Shown here: positions 7,203 to 16,899 of the stretch, in pieces
Layout of the letters: every line of letters starts with the position of its first letter
Position numbering within the stretch: the first letter of the stretch is position 1
Made by a program: the position numbers and the translations under genes
Virus record (IMG/VR): IMGVR_UViG_3300017730_000080
Location: 1-24,823 of that record
DNA: 24,823 nucleotides
DNA from: a virus
Taxonomy: Duplodnaviria; Caudoviricetes
Reading direction: 5' to 3' (one strand)
Notes under the pieces: generated by a model
The model's database searches: none
Seen by the model: the letters and a program-made list of their open reading frames with translations, nothing else
What the model was told of the DNA's origin: nothing

Positions 7203-8311
7203 GCGATAAAGATTCAGAAATATTAGAAAAGTTCCTTAAAGACAAAAAAGGACAGCATTACAACTTCGAGGAAACCATTGACTACAAGGCATCTAGCGGG
7301 TCTCTTCAATTAGATTTAAACCTTAATGGTGGCTTTGGGCCAGGCTTACATAGGTTCGTCGGTATGAATGAGGGCGGCAAAACTTCAGCAGCTCTTGAGG
7401 TTATGAAGAATATGTTAAACACACAAGAACAAGGCAAAGGTTTCTATATTAAGGCGGAAGGTCGCCTTTCAAATGAGATGGTGGCTCGTTCTGGCGTCAA
7501 GTTTGTGTATGATGCAAAAGACTGGGTTTCTGGTACTTGTTTTGTGTTTGAAAGTAATATTTATGAGGTTGTGGTTGACGCTATCAAAACTTTAGTTGAC
7601 CAAAACGAAGATAAGCAGCGCTACTGCTTTATATTAGACTCAGTTGATGGCTTAATATCTCAAGTAGATATTGATAAATCTTTTTATGATTCTAACAAAG
7701 TGGCGGGTGGCGCAGTTATCGCAGCCAACTTTATGAAGAGAATGTCTATTTCTCTTGCAAAAAGAGGCCACATGGCCATTTTTATTAGCCAAGTGAGGGC
7801 AGACATCAAGTTAGACCCCTACTCCAAGGCTCCAATACGTCAGACGTCAGCAACGGGAGGTAATGCACTTTTGCACTTTGCCAACTACATCATAGAGTTT
7901 GAGCCTCGATTTAAATCTGATATGATTTTACAAGACCCAACGAAGAAGCAACCAGACCCCAAGACTAATCCAATTATTGGACATTGGGCTAAAGCTACAA
8001 TCAAAAAGTCTCCAAATGAGAAGACAAATAATACCATTCCTTATCCTATCAGATATGGCAGAACTGGTGGCAAGTCTGTTTGGGTAGAGAAGGAGCTAGT
8101 CGACTTATTGTATATGTGGGAGTTTGTCACGAAGAAGGGAGCTTGGATCACCATTGGGGAAGAGCTAAAAGAGCTTGTACAGGACGTTGTACAAGATTTA
8201 CCAGAAAAAGTGCAAGGAGAAGCTAATTTATTTAAGATGGTAGAAGAAAACGAAGAGCTTTCTAAGTTTTTAATTAATTATTTTAAATCTAATATTGGTG
8301 AATTAGTTTGA
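7199..8311 (+). CDS. recA: RecA/UvsX-like recombinase
   Basis: SSGSLQLDLNLNGG, Walker A GMNEGGKT, KAEGRL (catalytic E), ILDSVDGL, IFISQVR, TGGNALLHFA. Confidence 0.9.
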   Translation: MSDKDSEILEKFLKDKKGQHYNFEETIDYKASSGSLQLDLNLNGGFGPGLHRFVGMNEGGKTSAALEVMKNMLNTQEQGKGFYIKAEGRLSNEMVARSGVKFVYDAKDWVSGTCFVFESNIYEVVVDAIKTLVDQNEDKQRYCFILDSVDGLISQVDIDKSFYDSNKVAGGAVIAANFMKRMSISLAKRGHMAIFISQVRADIKLDPYSKAPIRQTSATGGNALLHFANYIIEFEPRFKSDMILQDPTKKQPDPKTNPIIGHWAKATIKKSPNEKTNNTIPYPIRYGRTGGKSVWVEKELVDLLYMWEFVTKKGAWITIGEELKELVQDVVQDLPEKVQGEANLFKMVEENEELSKFLINYFKSNIGELV

Positions 8312-8709
8312 AATTTCTTACCTTATACGGCAAAGAGAAGCCCCTTAGAAATCCACACAAGTATAAAATCAAGTGGAATGGAAAATGTCGTAGCAAATTC
8401 CAAGCAGAAGTAAGAAAATACTTATATAAGTATTGGAAATATGATGCTGTATATGAGGAATTTCGGGTTGTGGGGACTCAGCTTTCTTTAGATTTTTATA
8501 ATCATAATAGAAAAATAGCGATTGAAGTACAAGGGGCCCAACATTTACAGTTTGTAAAACATTTTCATAAGACTAGAGCTAATTTTGTTCGTCAAATACG
8601 CAGGGATAATAAAAAATTAGAATTTTGTGAAATCAATAAAATTGAACTCTTAGAAATATATCCAGACGACAAATTATCAGAAGAATATTTTGCAAAGCTT
8701 TTAGGCTAA
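8308..8709 (+). CDS. PD-(D/E)XK endonuclease, DUF559/Vsr-like
   Basis: YEEF..LSLDFY..IAIEVQGAQH..RDNKKLEFC..LLEI pattern; TTG start overlapping recA stop. Confidence 0.8.
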   Translation: MKFLTLYGKEKPLRNPHKYKIKWNGKCRSKFQAEVRKYLYKYWKYDAVYEEFRVVGTQLSLDFYNHNRKIAIEVQGAQHLQFVKHFHKTRANFVRQIRRDNKKLEFCEINKIELLEIYPDDKLSEEYFAKLLG

Positions 8710-8715
8710 GTGTAA
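8710..8715 (+). promoter_or_regulatory. GTGTAA motif 9 nt before ATG 8725
   Basis: Read directly. Confidence 0.6.
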
Positions 8716-8724
8716 ACATATAGT

Positions 8725-8967
8725 ATGGCTGAACCAAAATTTAAAAAATTCATGTTGCCAGAAAAACTCATAAATGAGTTATATGAACTAACTGGCTCAA
8801 AAAATGCCTACAAGGGTTACATAATAGCATACTGTGGCGAAGATGGGACTCCAGTAGTATATTCTAGTTGTGATACCCAAATTACAGAAGCTGGGCTTAT
8901 AAGATCTATAGAAAGTTATATAGCAGAGCATCTTGGAAATGGTCTAGAAGTAGAAGCAGAAGAATAA
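8725..8967 (+). CDS. Hypothetical protein, 80 aa, acidic tail
   Basis: Fills gap between nuclease and dnaB; preceded by GTGTAA. Confidence 0.75.
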   Translation: MAEPKFKKFMLPEKLINELYELTGSKNAYKGYIIAYCGEDGTPVVYSSCDTQITEAGLIRSIESYIAEHLGNGLEVEAEE

Positions 8968-8970
8968 AGC

Positions 8971-8998
8971 TTGACAAAGCGAATCACACATGTATCAT
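8971..8998 (+). promoter_or_regulatory. Promoter TTGACA-N16-TATCAT; dnaB ATG 7 nt downstream (likely leaderless)
   Basis: Intergenic, read directly. Confidence 0.75.
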
Positions 8999-9005
8999 TG
9001 GTTAA

Positions 9006-10520
9006 ATGATATATAGTCTAGAAATAGAAAAACAAGTACTTGCTGCTTTTATTCAAAAACCTAAAGTATTGGTAAATTTTATTCACCTTATAAGTGAATC
9101 TGATTTTTATGATTCTTCGCTTTTGCACAGAACGCTTTTTGCTGTTTTAAAAAAAGCCTGCGAGCAGGATGAATCTATTGATGAAATAGTTTTGGTCCAA
9201 AGAATAAAAGATCTTGGAATTAAATTTGAGGAAGATGTCTCCTTGATTGATTATGTTAGATCTTTATCTATGAGAAAAATACATTCCGAAGCTAAAGTTG
9301 AGTCTTCTATCAAGGAATTAAAAAAATACAGCGTCAGAAGAGAAATAAGTAAGACTGCTAAAAAAATAGGAGATTCAATGAAGCATATTTCTCCAGAAAC
9401 ATCTTATCTTAAAATTATCGAAAATGCTGATCAAATATATAATGATAAGATTAATTTATTTGAAGTTGGCGATGATACTCCGTCAAACATTTACGAAGAG
9501 ATGGAAGCCTTTATCGAGGATCGTGGTAACAATCCAATTGATGAGTTTGGCATGATGGGGCCTCACCCAAAGATCAATGATATCTATGGCTCTCTTTTAC
9601 GCCCAGGAAACATTACTGTCATTGTGGCCCGCTCTGGAGTAGGTAAGACTCAATTTTGTATGCATTACGCAACCCAAATTTCATCCAAGTATGATGTTCC
9701 AGTATTACACTTTGATAACGGAGAAATGAGTAAAGAAGAATTAATCATTAGACAATGCGCCTCTATCTCTGGAGTCGCATCACACTTGTTAGAAAGTGGT
9801 AAGTGGAGGCAGGCTGGCCCAGAGGTTGTATCTAAAGTTCGTTCTGTTTGGAGTAAAGTTAAAAAGCTACAGTTTTATTATTATAACGTTGGAGGCATGG
9901 ACGTGGATTCTATGATTAACACGTTAAAACGATTTTATTACTCTAAGGTTGGCCGTGGAAACAAGATGGTATTTTCTTTTGACTATATTAAAACATCCTC
10001 AGAAAATAGTGCAAACAAAAGTGAGTGGCAAACAGTTGGCGAAATGGTAGACAAGTTTAAAAAGTGTATCCAAAAAGAAATACTAGAAGAGGGTAACCCA
10101 GTAATTCCAATGATTACATCAGTGCAATCAAATCGTAGCGGTATTACAACTAATCGCCAGAGCGCAAACATCATTGATGATGAGTCAATTGTATCTCTCT
10201 CTGACCGCATCACTCAATTCTGTTCTCATATGTTTATTTTACGTCAAAAAACAAACGATGAAGTTGCAGAAGAGGGTAATCAATTTGGTACACATAAACT
10301 TATTAATGTAAAATCTAGACACTTAGGTAAAGACATCGCTGGTGCAGTAGAGCCAGTTCAAGTTGACGATAATCTTCGTAAGAATTTTATCAATTTATCT
10401 TTTAAAAACTTTAACATTACAGAGTGCGGAGACTTAAGAGATATAGTGGCATTCAGAAATACTGGTGGAGATTTGATTTCTACAGAAACCCAAAGCCTTC
10501 CATCCTTCGAAGATCTATGA
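9006..10520 (+). CDS. dnaB: Replicative DNA helicase DnaB
   Basis: N-domain SLEIEKQVLAAFI..DFY..HRTLF; Walker A VARSGVGKT; FDNGEMS; FSFDYI; SVQSNR; SDRITQ; KSRH. Confidence 0.93.
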   Translation: MIYSLEIEKQVLAAFIQKPKVLVNFIHLISESDFYDSSLLHRTLFAVLKKACEQDESIDEIVLVQRIKDLGIKFEEDVSLIDYVRSLSMRKIHSEAKVESSIKELKKYSVRREISKTAKKIGDSMKHISPETSYLKIIENADQIYNDKINLFEVGDDTPSNIYEEMEAFIEDRGNNPIDEFGMMGPHPKINDIYGSLLRPGNITVIVARSGVGKTQFCMHYATQISSKYDVPVLHFDNGEMSKEELIIRQCASISGVASHLLESGKWRQAGPEVVSKVRSVWSKVKKLQFYYYNVGGMDVDSMINTLKRFYYSKVGRGNKMVFSFDYIKTSSENSANKSEWQTVGEMVDKFKKCIQKEILEEGNPVIPMITSVQSNRSGITTNRQSANIIDDESIVSLSDRITQFCSHMFILRQKTNDEVAEEGNQFGTHKLINVKSRHLGKDIAGAVEPVQVDDNLRKNFINLSFKNFNITECGDLRDIVAFRNTGGDLISTETQSLPSFEDL

Positions 10521-11560
10521 ACCAATATCAACAATCCCTAGAGAAGCTTGGATACAATCTTCAAGACTGTGGTGGCCATTGGCGTAGTAGGGCTATATAT
10601 AGAAATGGAAAAACAAACACTTCTCTTATAATATATAAAGACAGTGGAGTTTGGAAAGATTTTGGACTAGATAATCAAGCCAAACCTTTTAAAGCGTTAG
10701 TTAAAGAGACGCTCAAAACCGAAGACCCAAAAGTATTAAAAGAATACTATTCCGACACTCAAGAATCGTACGCCCCACCAAAACCCAAAGAAGAAAAAAT
10801 AGAAATGGAAAAAATATATCCGCCATCATACTTGGATAAGTTATTGCCAATGAGAACTTTTTACGAAAAAAGGGGCATCTCACAAAAAACACAAGAAATT
10901 TTTAAGTGCGGTTATGCTGGTGGTGGCAAAATGTATAGACGTATGGTTTTCCCTATTTACGACTTAGACAATCAAATACATGGATTTTCTGGTAGGACAA
11001 TTATAGAAGGGGATAATATTCCAAAATGGAAACATATGGGTCGCAAAACAAATTGGATTTACCCACACCATCTTTCGCACAACAATATAGAAAAATCGGG
11101 AGAGGTTATTCTAGTAGAAAGTATAGGCGACTGTATGGCTCTTTACGAAGCGGGATTTGAAAACGTATTAATGTTGGCGGGGTTAGACATTTCCAATAAG
11201 ATGATTTCTTATTTAAATACATTTAATTTAGATAGCATTATTATCTCAACAAATAATGACAAAACCAAAAAAATAAATTCTGGAGCTTTGGCCTCTGTCA
11301 AGATTGTATCTAAGTTGTCGACTATATTCGACTTATCTTTGATTAAAGTAAACCCTCCTTTGTGTAACGATTTTGGAGATATGTTAGAATCCGATACTGG
11401 TACGTTAGATAATTTTAAACAATGGAACGGAAGAAAAGATAAGTGGTCTATGGGTGATGAAAAATTCCAAAAATATATACTCAAACAAATAAATCAGAAT
11501 GACCAACTTAAAAAAAACATACACTGCAAAAAATTAATTAAAATTTTAAATGGAAGTTAA
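10517..11560 (+). CDS. dnaG: DnaG-like Toprim primase (start re-called at ATG 10517)
   Basis: YRRMVFPIYD..IHGFSGR, PKW, VILVESIGDCMAL, NDFGDM; ATGA overlap with dnaB stop; position after helicase. Confidence 0.85.
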   Translation: MNQYQQSLEKLGYNLQDCGGHWRSRAIYRNGKTNTSLIIYKDSGVWKDFGLDNQAKPFKALVKETLKTEDPKVLKEYYSDTQESYAPPKPKEEKIEMEKIYPPSYLDKLLPMRTFYEKRGISQKTQEIFKCGYAGGGKMYRRMVFPIYDLDNQIHGFSGRTIIEGDNIPKWKHMGRKTNWIYPHHLSHNNIEKSGEVILVESIGDCMALYEAGFENVLMLAGLDISNKMISYLNTFNLDSIIISTNNDKTKKINSGALASVKIVSKLSTIFDLSLIKVNPPLCNDFGDMLESDTGTLDNFKQWNGRKDKWSMGDEKFQKYILKQINQNDQLKKNIHCKKLIKILNGS

Positions 11561-12542
11561 ATTATCAGCAAGCCGTATAAAAACGGCCCAATCCTGTAGT
11601 TGGATATACTGGAATAAGTATAAACAAAAATTACCAGATACAAATAATGACGGGGCTCGTCGGGGAACAGTGTGCCATAATGTTTTTGAGTTTTTGTCAA
11701 AGCAAAAAACTAAGACCCATTTTAATAAAGTCGTAAAAGCAAAAGATCCATTCGCATCCAAAGCGGTAAAGGACTTAATTATGTCCGATGCTTCTGAGCT
11801 TGGTGTCACCGATGATGATAATATGAACCTCATCAAAGAGATGATACTTAATGGCTTAAATTGTAACTTCCATGGAGAAGATTTAGGTATACCAGATGAA
11901 GCTCATGCTGAGTTAGATTTTGACATAGAGCAAAACGGTTATCACATCCGTGGTTTTATTGACCAACTTTTTCTTTATAAAGATAAAAAGATTGCGATCA
12001 TCCGTGACTACAAGACTAGCAAGAAAATGTTTGAGGGCAAAGAAAAAGAAGACAACCTTCAAGATTATATGTATTCCCTTGCGGTCAAAACTCTTTTTCC
12101 AGAATATGTAAACAGGACATCTGAATTTTTATTTTTAAAATTTAACTTAAAAAAGAACGGCTTGATGAAAATGAAAGCTATTGATGAAGACGATCTAGAG
12201 GGTTTTGAGTTGCAACTTAAATCAATTCAAGACTACCTAGAAAACTTTGACGAGAAAGATGCCGTATCTAATTTTGCCATAGATAAGGGTTTTCCAGATG
12301 ATGGATCTTTTGGGGGCAGACTACAATGTGGTTTTGCTAAAGAAAAAGGACAACTCAAGAAAGACGGCACGTTAATGTGGCACTGTCCATATAAGTTTGA
12401 TTTTTGGCATGTACAAATATTTGACAAAGACGGAGAATTTTCTTCTTCCTGCTTTCAAGATAATTTTAAAAAAAGCATGGTTCCAGACGGAGGTAGTCAT
12501 GAAATAAAATACTATGAAGGTTGCCCCAAACACTTAAAATGA
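11550..12542 (+). CDS. AddB/Cas4-like PD-(D/E)XK exonuclease
   Basis: LSASRIKTAQSC, RGTVCH, IRGFIDQL, IRDYKTS, LQDYMY; one N-terminal and several C-terminal Cys. Confidence 0.85.
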   Translation: MEVKLSASRIKTAQSCSWIYWNKYKQKLPDTNNDGARRGTVCHNVFEFLSKQKTKTHFNKVVKAKDPFASKAVKDLIMSDASELGVTDDDNMNLIKEMILNGLNCNFHGEDLGIPDEAHAELDFDIEQNGYHIRGFIDQLFLYKDKKIAIIRDYKTSKKMFEGKEKEDNLQDYMYSLAVKTLFPEYVNRTSEFLFLKFNLKKNGLMKMKAIDEDDLEGFELQLKSIQDYLENFDEKDAVSNFAIDKGFPDDGSFGGRLQCGFAKEKGQLKKDGTLMWHCPYKFDFWHVQIFDKDGEFSSSCFQDNFKKSMVPDGGSHEIKYYEGCPKHLK

Positions 12543-13015
12543 AGAGATATACAATAACAAAATCTCAAATAGAAAGAGCACAAAAATTATTTGATTTTAA
12601 AGAATTAAATAACAGCATCACTAAAGGCGAGGGCAATCTCGCGGGAGCTGTTGGGGAAATCATTGTAAAAGATGTCTATAAAGGCAAAGGAGAAAATACT
12701 TATGACTATGATACAATCATCAAGGATTACAAAATAGACATAAAAACTAAAAAATTCTCAGACCAATTTCATCCAAATGAAAACTGGAATCTCAATGTCT
12801 CAGACTATAACACAAAACAAAAATGTGACGCCTACTGTTTTGTTGGGGTAAATGAATCAAATACAATTGCCTATATTTATGGTTTTATGAAAAAGAAAGA
12901 TTTTTACGATAAAGCTATATTTGGCAAAAAGGGACAAATAGACCCCAAGGGAAACGGTAAGTGGAAATTTAAATCAGACTGTTATAATATTTTAATTAAA
13001 GATTTATCAATATAA
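12539..13015 (+). CDS. Restriction-endonuclease-fold PD-(D/E)XK protein (start re-called at ATG 12539)
   Basis: GAVGEIIV..YDYD..KIDIKTK..DAYCFV; ATGA overlap with upstream stop. Confidence 0.75.
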   Translation: MKRYTITKSQIERAQKLFDFKELNNSITKGEGNLAGAVGEIIVKDVYKGKGENTYDYDTIIKDYKIDIKTKKFSDQFHPNENWNLNVSDYNTKQKCDAYCFVGVNESNTIAYIYGFMKKKDFYDKAIFGKKGQIDPKGNGKWKFKSDCYNILIKDLSI

Positions 13016-13018
13016 GTA

Positions 13019-13046
13019 TTGACATTGGATCAATAAAACATATATT
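13019..13046 (+). promoter_or_regulatory. Promoter TTGACA-N16-TATATT; ATG 13053 is 6 nt downstream (likely leaderless)
   Basis: Intergenic, read directly. Confidence 0.75.
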
Positions 13047-13052
13047 GATTAT

Positions 13053-13748
13053 ATGATCCCATTATTTAAATCTCACTTTTCTATAGGAAAAAGTATTTTG
13101 CGAGTAGATGATATTCTGTCCCTAACAGAAGGCTTAGAAGAAGTTTATTTCGTTGAAGATAGTATGACTGGCTTTCCAGAGGCTTTTAGAAAGTTCGGAG
13201 AAAGACTTAGATTTGGCTTAAGGTTTTCTATATTTAATGAAGACCAGAATGAAGAATCCGAAAGTAAGATGATAGCTTTCGCAAATGGAGATGCTGGAGC
13301 AAAAGAATTATATAATCTTTATACCGAACAATCTGATATTAAGATTACAAGACCTTGGGATTTTACAAAAAATATACAATACGCTGTACCTTTTTACGAC
13401 TCTTTCTTGCATAAAAATTTAACAACTTTTTCTAACTGTGTTGTTGATTTGCCTTCCGATATTTTATTTATAATTGAAGATAACAATCTACCGTTTGACA
13501 GTTTAATTACTGATAGGATTTTATCTTACTGCAAAAATAACAAAAACGAAACAACTAACGCTAAATCTATATATTACGAAAATCGTGAAGATGCTTTAGC
13601 TTTTCAAACTTACAAATTAATTTGCAACCGCAGGATAGGTAGAACTTACGATTTATCAAACCCTGGACTAGACCATTTTGGCAGTAACGAATTTTGCTTT
13701 GAATCATGGAAGAATTACTCAGATATAATTTTAAACAGCGCTACGTAG
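13053..13748 (+). CDS. Stand-alone degenerate PHP domain of DNA Pol III alpha
   Basis: PLFKSHFSIGKSIL (cf. HLHxHTxYSLLDG), VEDSMTGF, LRFGLR, AKSIYYENRED, FGSNEFCFES; sits upstream of a PHP-less DnaE. Confidence 0.8.
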   Translation: MIPLFKSHFSIGKSILRVDDILSLTEGLEEVYFVEDSMTGFPEAFRKFGERLRFGLRFSIFNEDQNEESESKMIAFANGDAGAKELYNLYTEQSDIKITRPWDFTKNIQYAVPFYDSFLHKNLTTFSNCVVDLPSDILFIIEDNNLPFDSLITDRILSYCKNNKNETTNAKSIYYENREDALAFQTYKLICNRRIGRTYDLSNPGLDHFGSNEFCFESWKNYSDIILNSAT

Positions 13749-14341
13749 TTTTTGATACGGAAACTGAGGGCTTGAATTTAATCGCCTCAAAACCTTGGCA
13801 AATAGCTTGGATTGAGTGCGAAGGTAAAAAGATTATTAAAAAACATAATCGGTTTATTAAGTGGGACGATTTAAATGTTTCTCCAGAAGCTGCACGGGTT
13901 ACTGGATTTGACAAAGATCACTACGAATCGGTGGCAGAGGATCCTCTTGTTGTCTGGAAAGATTTTGAAAAAGTCTTATATGATGACAACAATCTTATTG
14001 TGGGTCAAAACATTCTTGGTTATGATATTTATATATTAAGCGTTTGGCTTCGAAATATTGGAAAAAAAATATCTCATGAAAATTACATTAATCGTTGCTT
14101 TGATACAAAAGCTGTAGCTATGGCAATTGCAAAGGATAACAAGAATCCAGACAAAGATGATTTAATTGCTTGGCAGTTAAGGTACTTAAATTATAGAGAG
14201 CGTGGGCTAAAAACAAATCAAAAATACTTATTAGAACATTATGGTATTGACTTTGATGAATCAAAGCTTCATGATGCATTATACGATATAGAAAAAAACT
14301 TCGAAATATTTCAAAAACAAATATGGGAATTAGAAATTTAA
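13706..14341 (+). CDS. DEDDh 3'-5' exonuclease (DnaQ/epsilon-like)
   Basis: ExoI VFDTETEG, ExoII GQNILGYD, ExoIII LHDALYD. Confidence 0.9.
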   Translation: MEELLRYNFKQRYVVFDTETEGLNLIASKPWQIAWIECEGKKIIKKHNRFIKWDDLNVSPEAARVTGFDKDHYESVAEDPLVVWKDFEKVLYDDNNLIVGQNILGYDIYILSVWLRNIGKKISHENYINRCFDTKAVAMAIAKDNKNPDKDDLIAWQLRYLNYRERGLKTNQKYLLEHYGIDFDESKLHDALYDIEKNFEIFQKQIWELEI

Positions 14342-16899
14342 AATCATTTAATCAACCAATGCCAGTTGGCGTTCGTTTACCAGAAATCGAAGTTGACAGA
14401 AGGGTTTACTATCAATTAGACCTAGACCCCCAATCTTCTAACTACGATCTTCTAAGAGCGCTTTGTCTTAGAGGGGTAAAACAAAGAGGTATTGATAAGC
14501 TAGAAAACAAGCAAGAATACTATGATAGAGTAAAAATGGAACTTTCTGTTCTAAACGACCTTGGTTTTGTTGATTATATACTTTTAAATTGGGATATCCT
14601 TAATTATTGCCACGAAAATGAGATTCCAACTGGGCCAGGTCGAGGGTCTGCTGCTGGTTCTTTAGTATTATTTTTATTAAAAGTAACAAATGTTGACCCA
14701 ATCAAGTATGATCTATTTTTTGAGCGATTTGTATCTAAGAGTAGGGCTAAAAAGACCGTTGTTGACGATATAACATACCTAGACGGCTCTTTGCTGGCTG
14801 ATGTGGACAATGACATCAGTTATGACAGAAGAGCCCAGGTAATCAAATATATCGAAGATAAGCACAAGGGTAAGACATGTAAAATCCTAACACTCAACAC
14901 ATTGAGTAGCAAATTATGTGTAAAAGAGTGCGGTAAGATAGTGGGGCGCATGTCTGAGGACGATGTAAATATAGTCAGCAACCACATCCCCAAGCAGTTC
15001 GGTAAAGTTTATAAGTTAGATAAAGCATATGATGAAAGCGACAAATTTAAAGAATTTGCGGATAACAACGAAAAAATATATAAAATAGCAAAAAAATTAG
15101 AAGGATTAAACAAAAATACAGGAGTTCACCCATCTGGAATCGCCATTAGTTTCTATAATATTGAAGAAATTATGCCGATGCAAAAAACAAATGACGGCCA
15201 TCTTATTTCAGCTTACGACATGAATGACGTAGCATCTTTGATGGTTAAATTTGATATTCTTGGCCTTAGAACCTTATCTGTTGTTAACGATACTTGTAAA
15301 CAACTAGGAATAGAAATTAACGATATAGATGTAGAACTCCCAGAAATATATGAAAACTTCAAATTCATTGAGGCACCAAAAGGTTTATTCCAGATTGAAG
15401 CGGATACAAACTTTAAAGTATGTAAAAAAGTATCTCCAAGAAATCTGGATGAGCTCTCGGCAGTTGTTGCTATTGCTCGTCCTGGCGCACTCGATTACTT
15501 GGATACTTACAGCGATTATATCTCAACAGGAAATTTCCAATCCGTTAACAATTTTTTCGATGATATCTTATCTTATACTGGCGGTATTCCTTTATATCAA
15601 GAACAATTAATGAAGATGGCCGTAAAGGTTGGCTTTACTCTTGATGAATCAGAACAACTTAGACGTATTGTAGGTAAGAAAAAAGTAGATCAAATGCCAG
15701 CCTGGAAGGCTAAGATTGAACAAAAAGTAGAAGAAAATAATTTAGATAAAGAAGTGGGTGAAATTTTATGGAAAGTCGCCGAAGACTCCGCAAATTATTC
15801 ATTCAATAAATCACACTCAATTAGTTATGCCATTTTAGCTGCAATAACAACCTATCTCAAATTTAAGTACCCCAAAGAGTTCTTCTTGTCATTACTCAAA
15901 ATGACTAAACATGAACCAGATTCTCATGCAGAAATAGCTTTAATTAATCAAGAGTTTTGTCTATTTGATATGAATCTTTTACCGCCAGATCTATCAAGAT
16001 CGGATATAGAATTTTCCATTGAAAACAAAAATATTAGATATGGATTAAATAGTATTAAAGGTGTTTCAGAAAAAACACTAGAAAATGTGGTTGAGTTTAA
16101 TAAATCTCAAATGTCAGAACAGAATAAATATGATATATTTTTAAACGCTAAAGATGCTGGCATTAATATTGGAATTTTGTCTGGCTTGATACAAGGCGGT
16201 ATGATGGACTCTTTTTGCGATAGATCAACTGGCGTTCCTAATCGTTGTAGGTTAGTTTTGGAAGCTCAATCATTTAATTTATTGACAGACAGGGAAAAAA
16301 GGAATTTCTGTAAATTAGGTTCTAAATTCGAATATGATATTTTAAATTCCATTGCGTCAGTTAAAAAAGAAAACTGGCCAGCAGATGACGGTAGACCAGT
16401 CATGAAAGACTCTAGATTCAAGACATTTAAAAGAGACTATGATAAGTATAGAAAAATTTACGACAAAAATAAAGGCCATTTAGTTTTTGCTAATTGGTTC
16501 TTCGAAAGAAAGTACCTTGGTTATAGCCACTCGTTAAAAATCAAAGACGTGTTTGGAAACTCTGGAGATCTTTACGATAGTTTAGAATTAAAATCTATAC
16601 CAAATAACGACAGAGTTAAATTTGTTGGCGTAGTAACAGACTGCATTGCTAGAACTAGTAGGGCAGGCAATAAATACATGAGGGTAGAAATACAAGACGA
16701 TTATGGTAAAGTTAATTTTATGCTTGCTAATAATCGAAGATCCGCCACCTTGGATAACTATTTGAATGATGGTGGCAAAAAACCCAAGGAAGAACAAATA
16801 GTTTTTGTTTACGGCAGCAAAGGTGAAGATATTATATTTGGTGAAAAAATAACAATACTAGATGAAAAGATTTATACAAAACTTTCTGAAATAAAATAA
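14323..16899 (+). CDS. dnaE: DNA polymerase III alpha catalytic core (no PHP), C-terminal OB fold
   Basis: GPGRGSAAGSL, LFFERF, ADVDND, GVHPSG, KFDILGL, GLFQIE, RPG, LYQEQLM, YSFNKSHSISY, IRYGLNSIKGV; alternative start ATG 14359 possible. Confidence 0.95.
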   Translation: MGIRNLKSFNQPMPVGVRLPEIEVDRRVYYQLDLDPQSSNYDLLRALCLRGVKQRGIDKLENKQEYYDRVKMELSVLNDLGFVDYILLNWDILNYCHENEIPTGPGRGSAAGSLVLFLLKVTNVDPIKYDLFFERFVSKSRAKKTVVDDITYLDGSLLADVDNDISYDRRAQVIKYIEDKHKGKTCKILTLNTLSSKLCVKECGKIVGRMSEDDVNIVSNHIPKQFGKVYKLDKAYDESDKFKEFADNNEKIYKIAKKLEGLNKNTGVHPSGIAISFYNIEEIMPMQKTNDGHLISAYDMNDVASLMVKFDILGLRTLSVVNDTCKQLGIEINDIDVELPEIYENFKFIEAPKGLFQIEADTNFKVCKKVSPRNLDELSAVVAIARPGALDYLDTYSDYISTGNFQSVNNFFDDILSYTGGIPLYQEQLMKMAVKVGFTLDESEQLRRIVGKKKVDQMPAWKAKIEQKVEENNLDKEVGEILWKVAEDSANYSFNKSHSISYAILAAITTYLKFKYPKEFFLSLLKMTKHEPDSHAEIALINQEFCLFDMNLLPPDLSRSDIEFSIENKNIRYGLNSIKGVSEKTLENVVEFNKSQMSEQNKYDIFLNAKDAGINIGILSGLIQGGMMDSFCDRSTGVPNRCRLVLEAQSFNLLTDREKRNFCKLGSKFEYDILNSIASVKKENWPADDGRPVMKDSRFKTFKRDYDKYRKIYDKNKGHLVFANWFFERKYLGYSHSLKIKDVFGNSGDLYDSLELKSIPNNDRVKFVGVVTDCIARTSRAGNKYMRVEIQDDYGKVNFMLANNRRSATLDNYLNDGGKKPKEEQIVFVYGSKGEDIIFGEKITILDEKIYTKLSEIK

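Noticed and set aside
10424-10516. N-terminal extension of primase in the ORF track
   Set aside because: Overlaps dnaB by 97 nt from a non-ATG start; ATG 10517 gives an ATGA coupling
11550-12542. Cas4-like gene as evidence of a CRISPR system
   Set aside because: No repeat-spacer array or other cas genes in the window; solo Cas4/AddB-like nucleases are common in phages
14331-14343. AAATTTA slippery-like heptamer at the exonuclease/dnaE overlap, suggesting a programmed -1 fusion
   Set aside because: The heptamer is phased in the downstream dnaE frame, not the exonuclease frame (GAA ATT TAA); no obvious stimulatory hairpin
12421-14398. Other TTGACA hexamers (12421, 13495, 14393)
   Set aside because: No TAnnnT at 16-17 nt spacing
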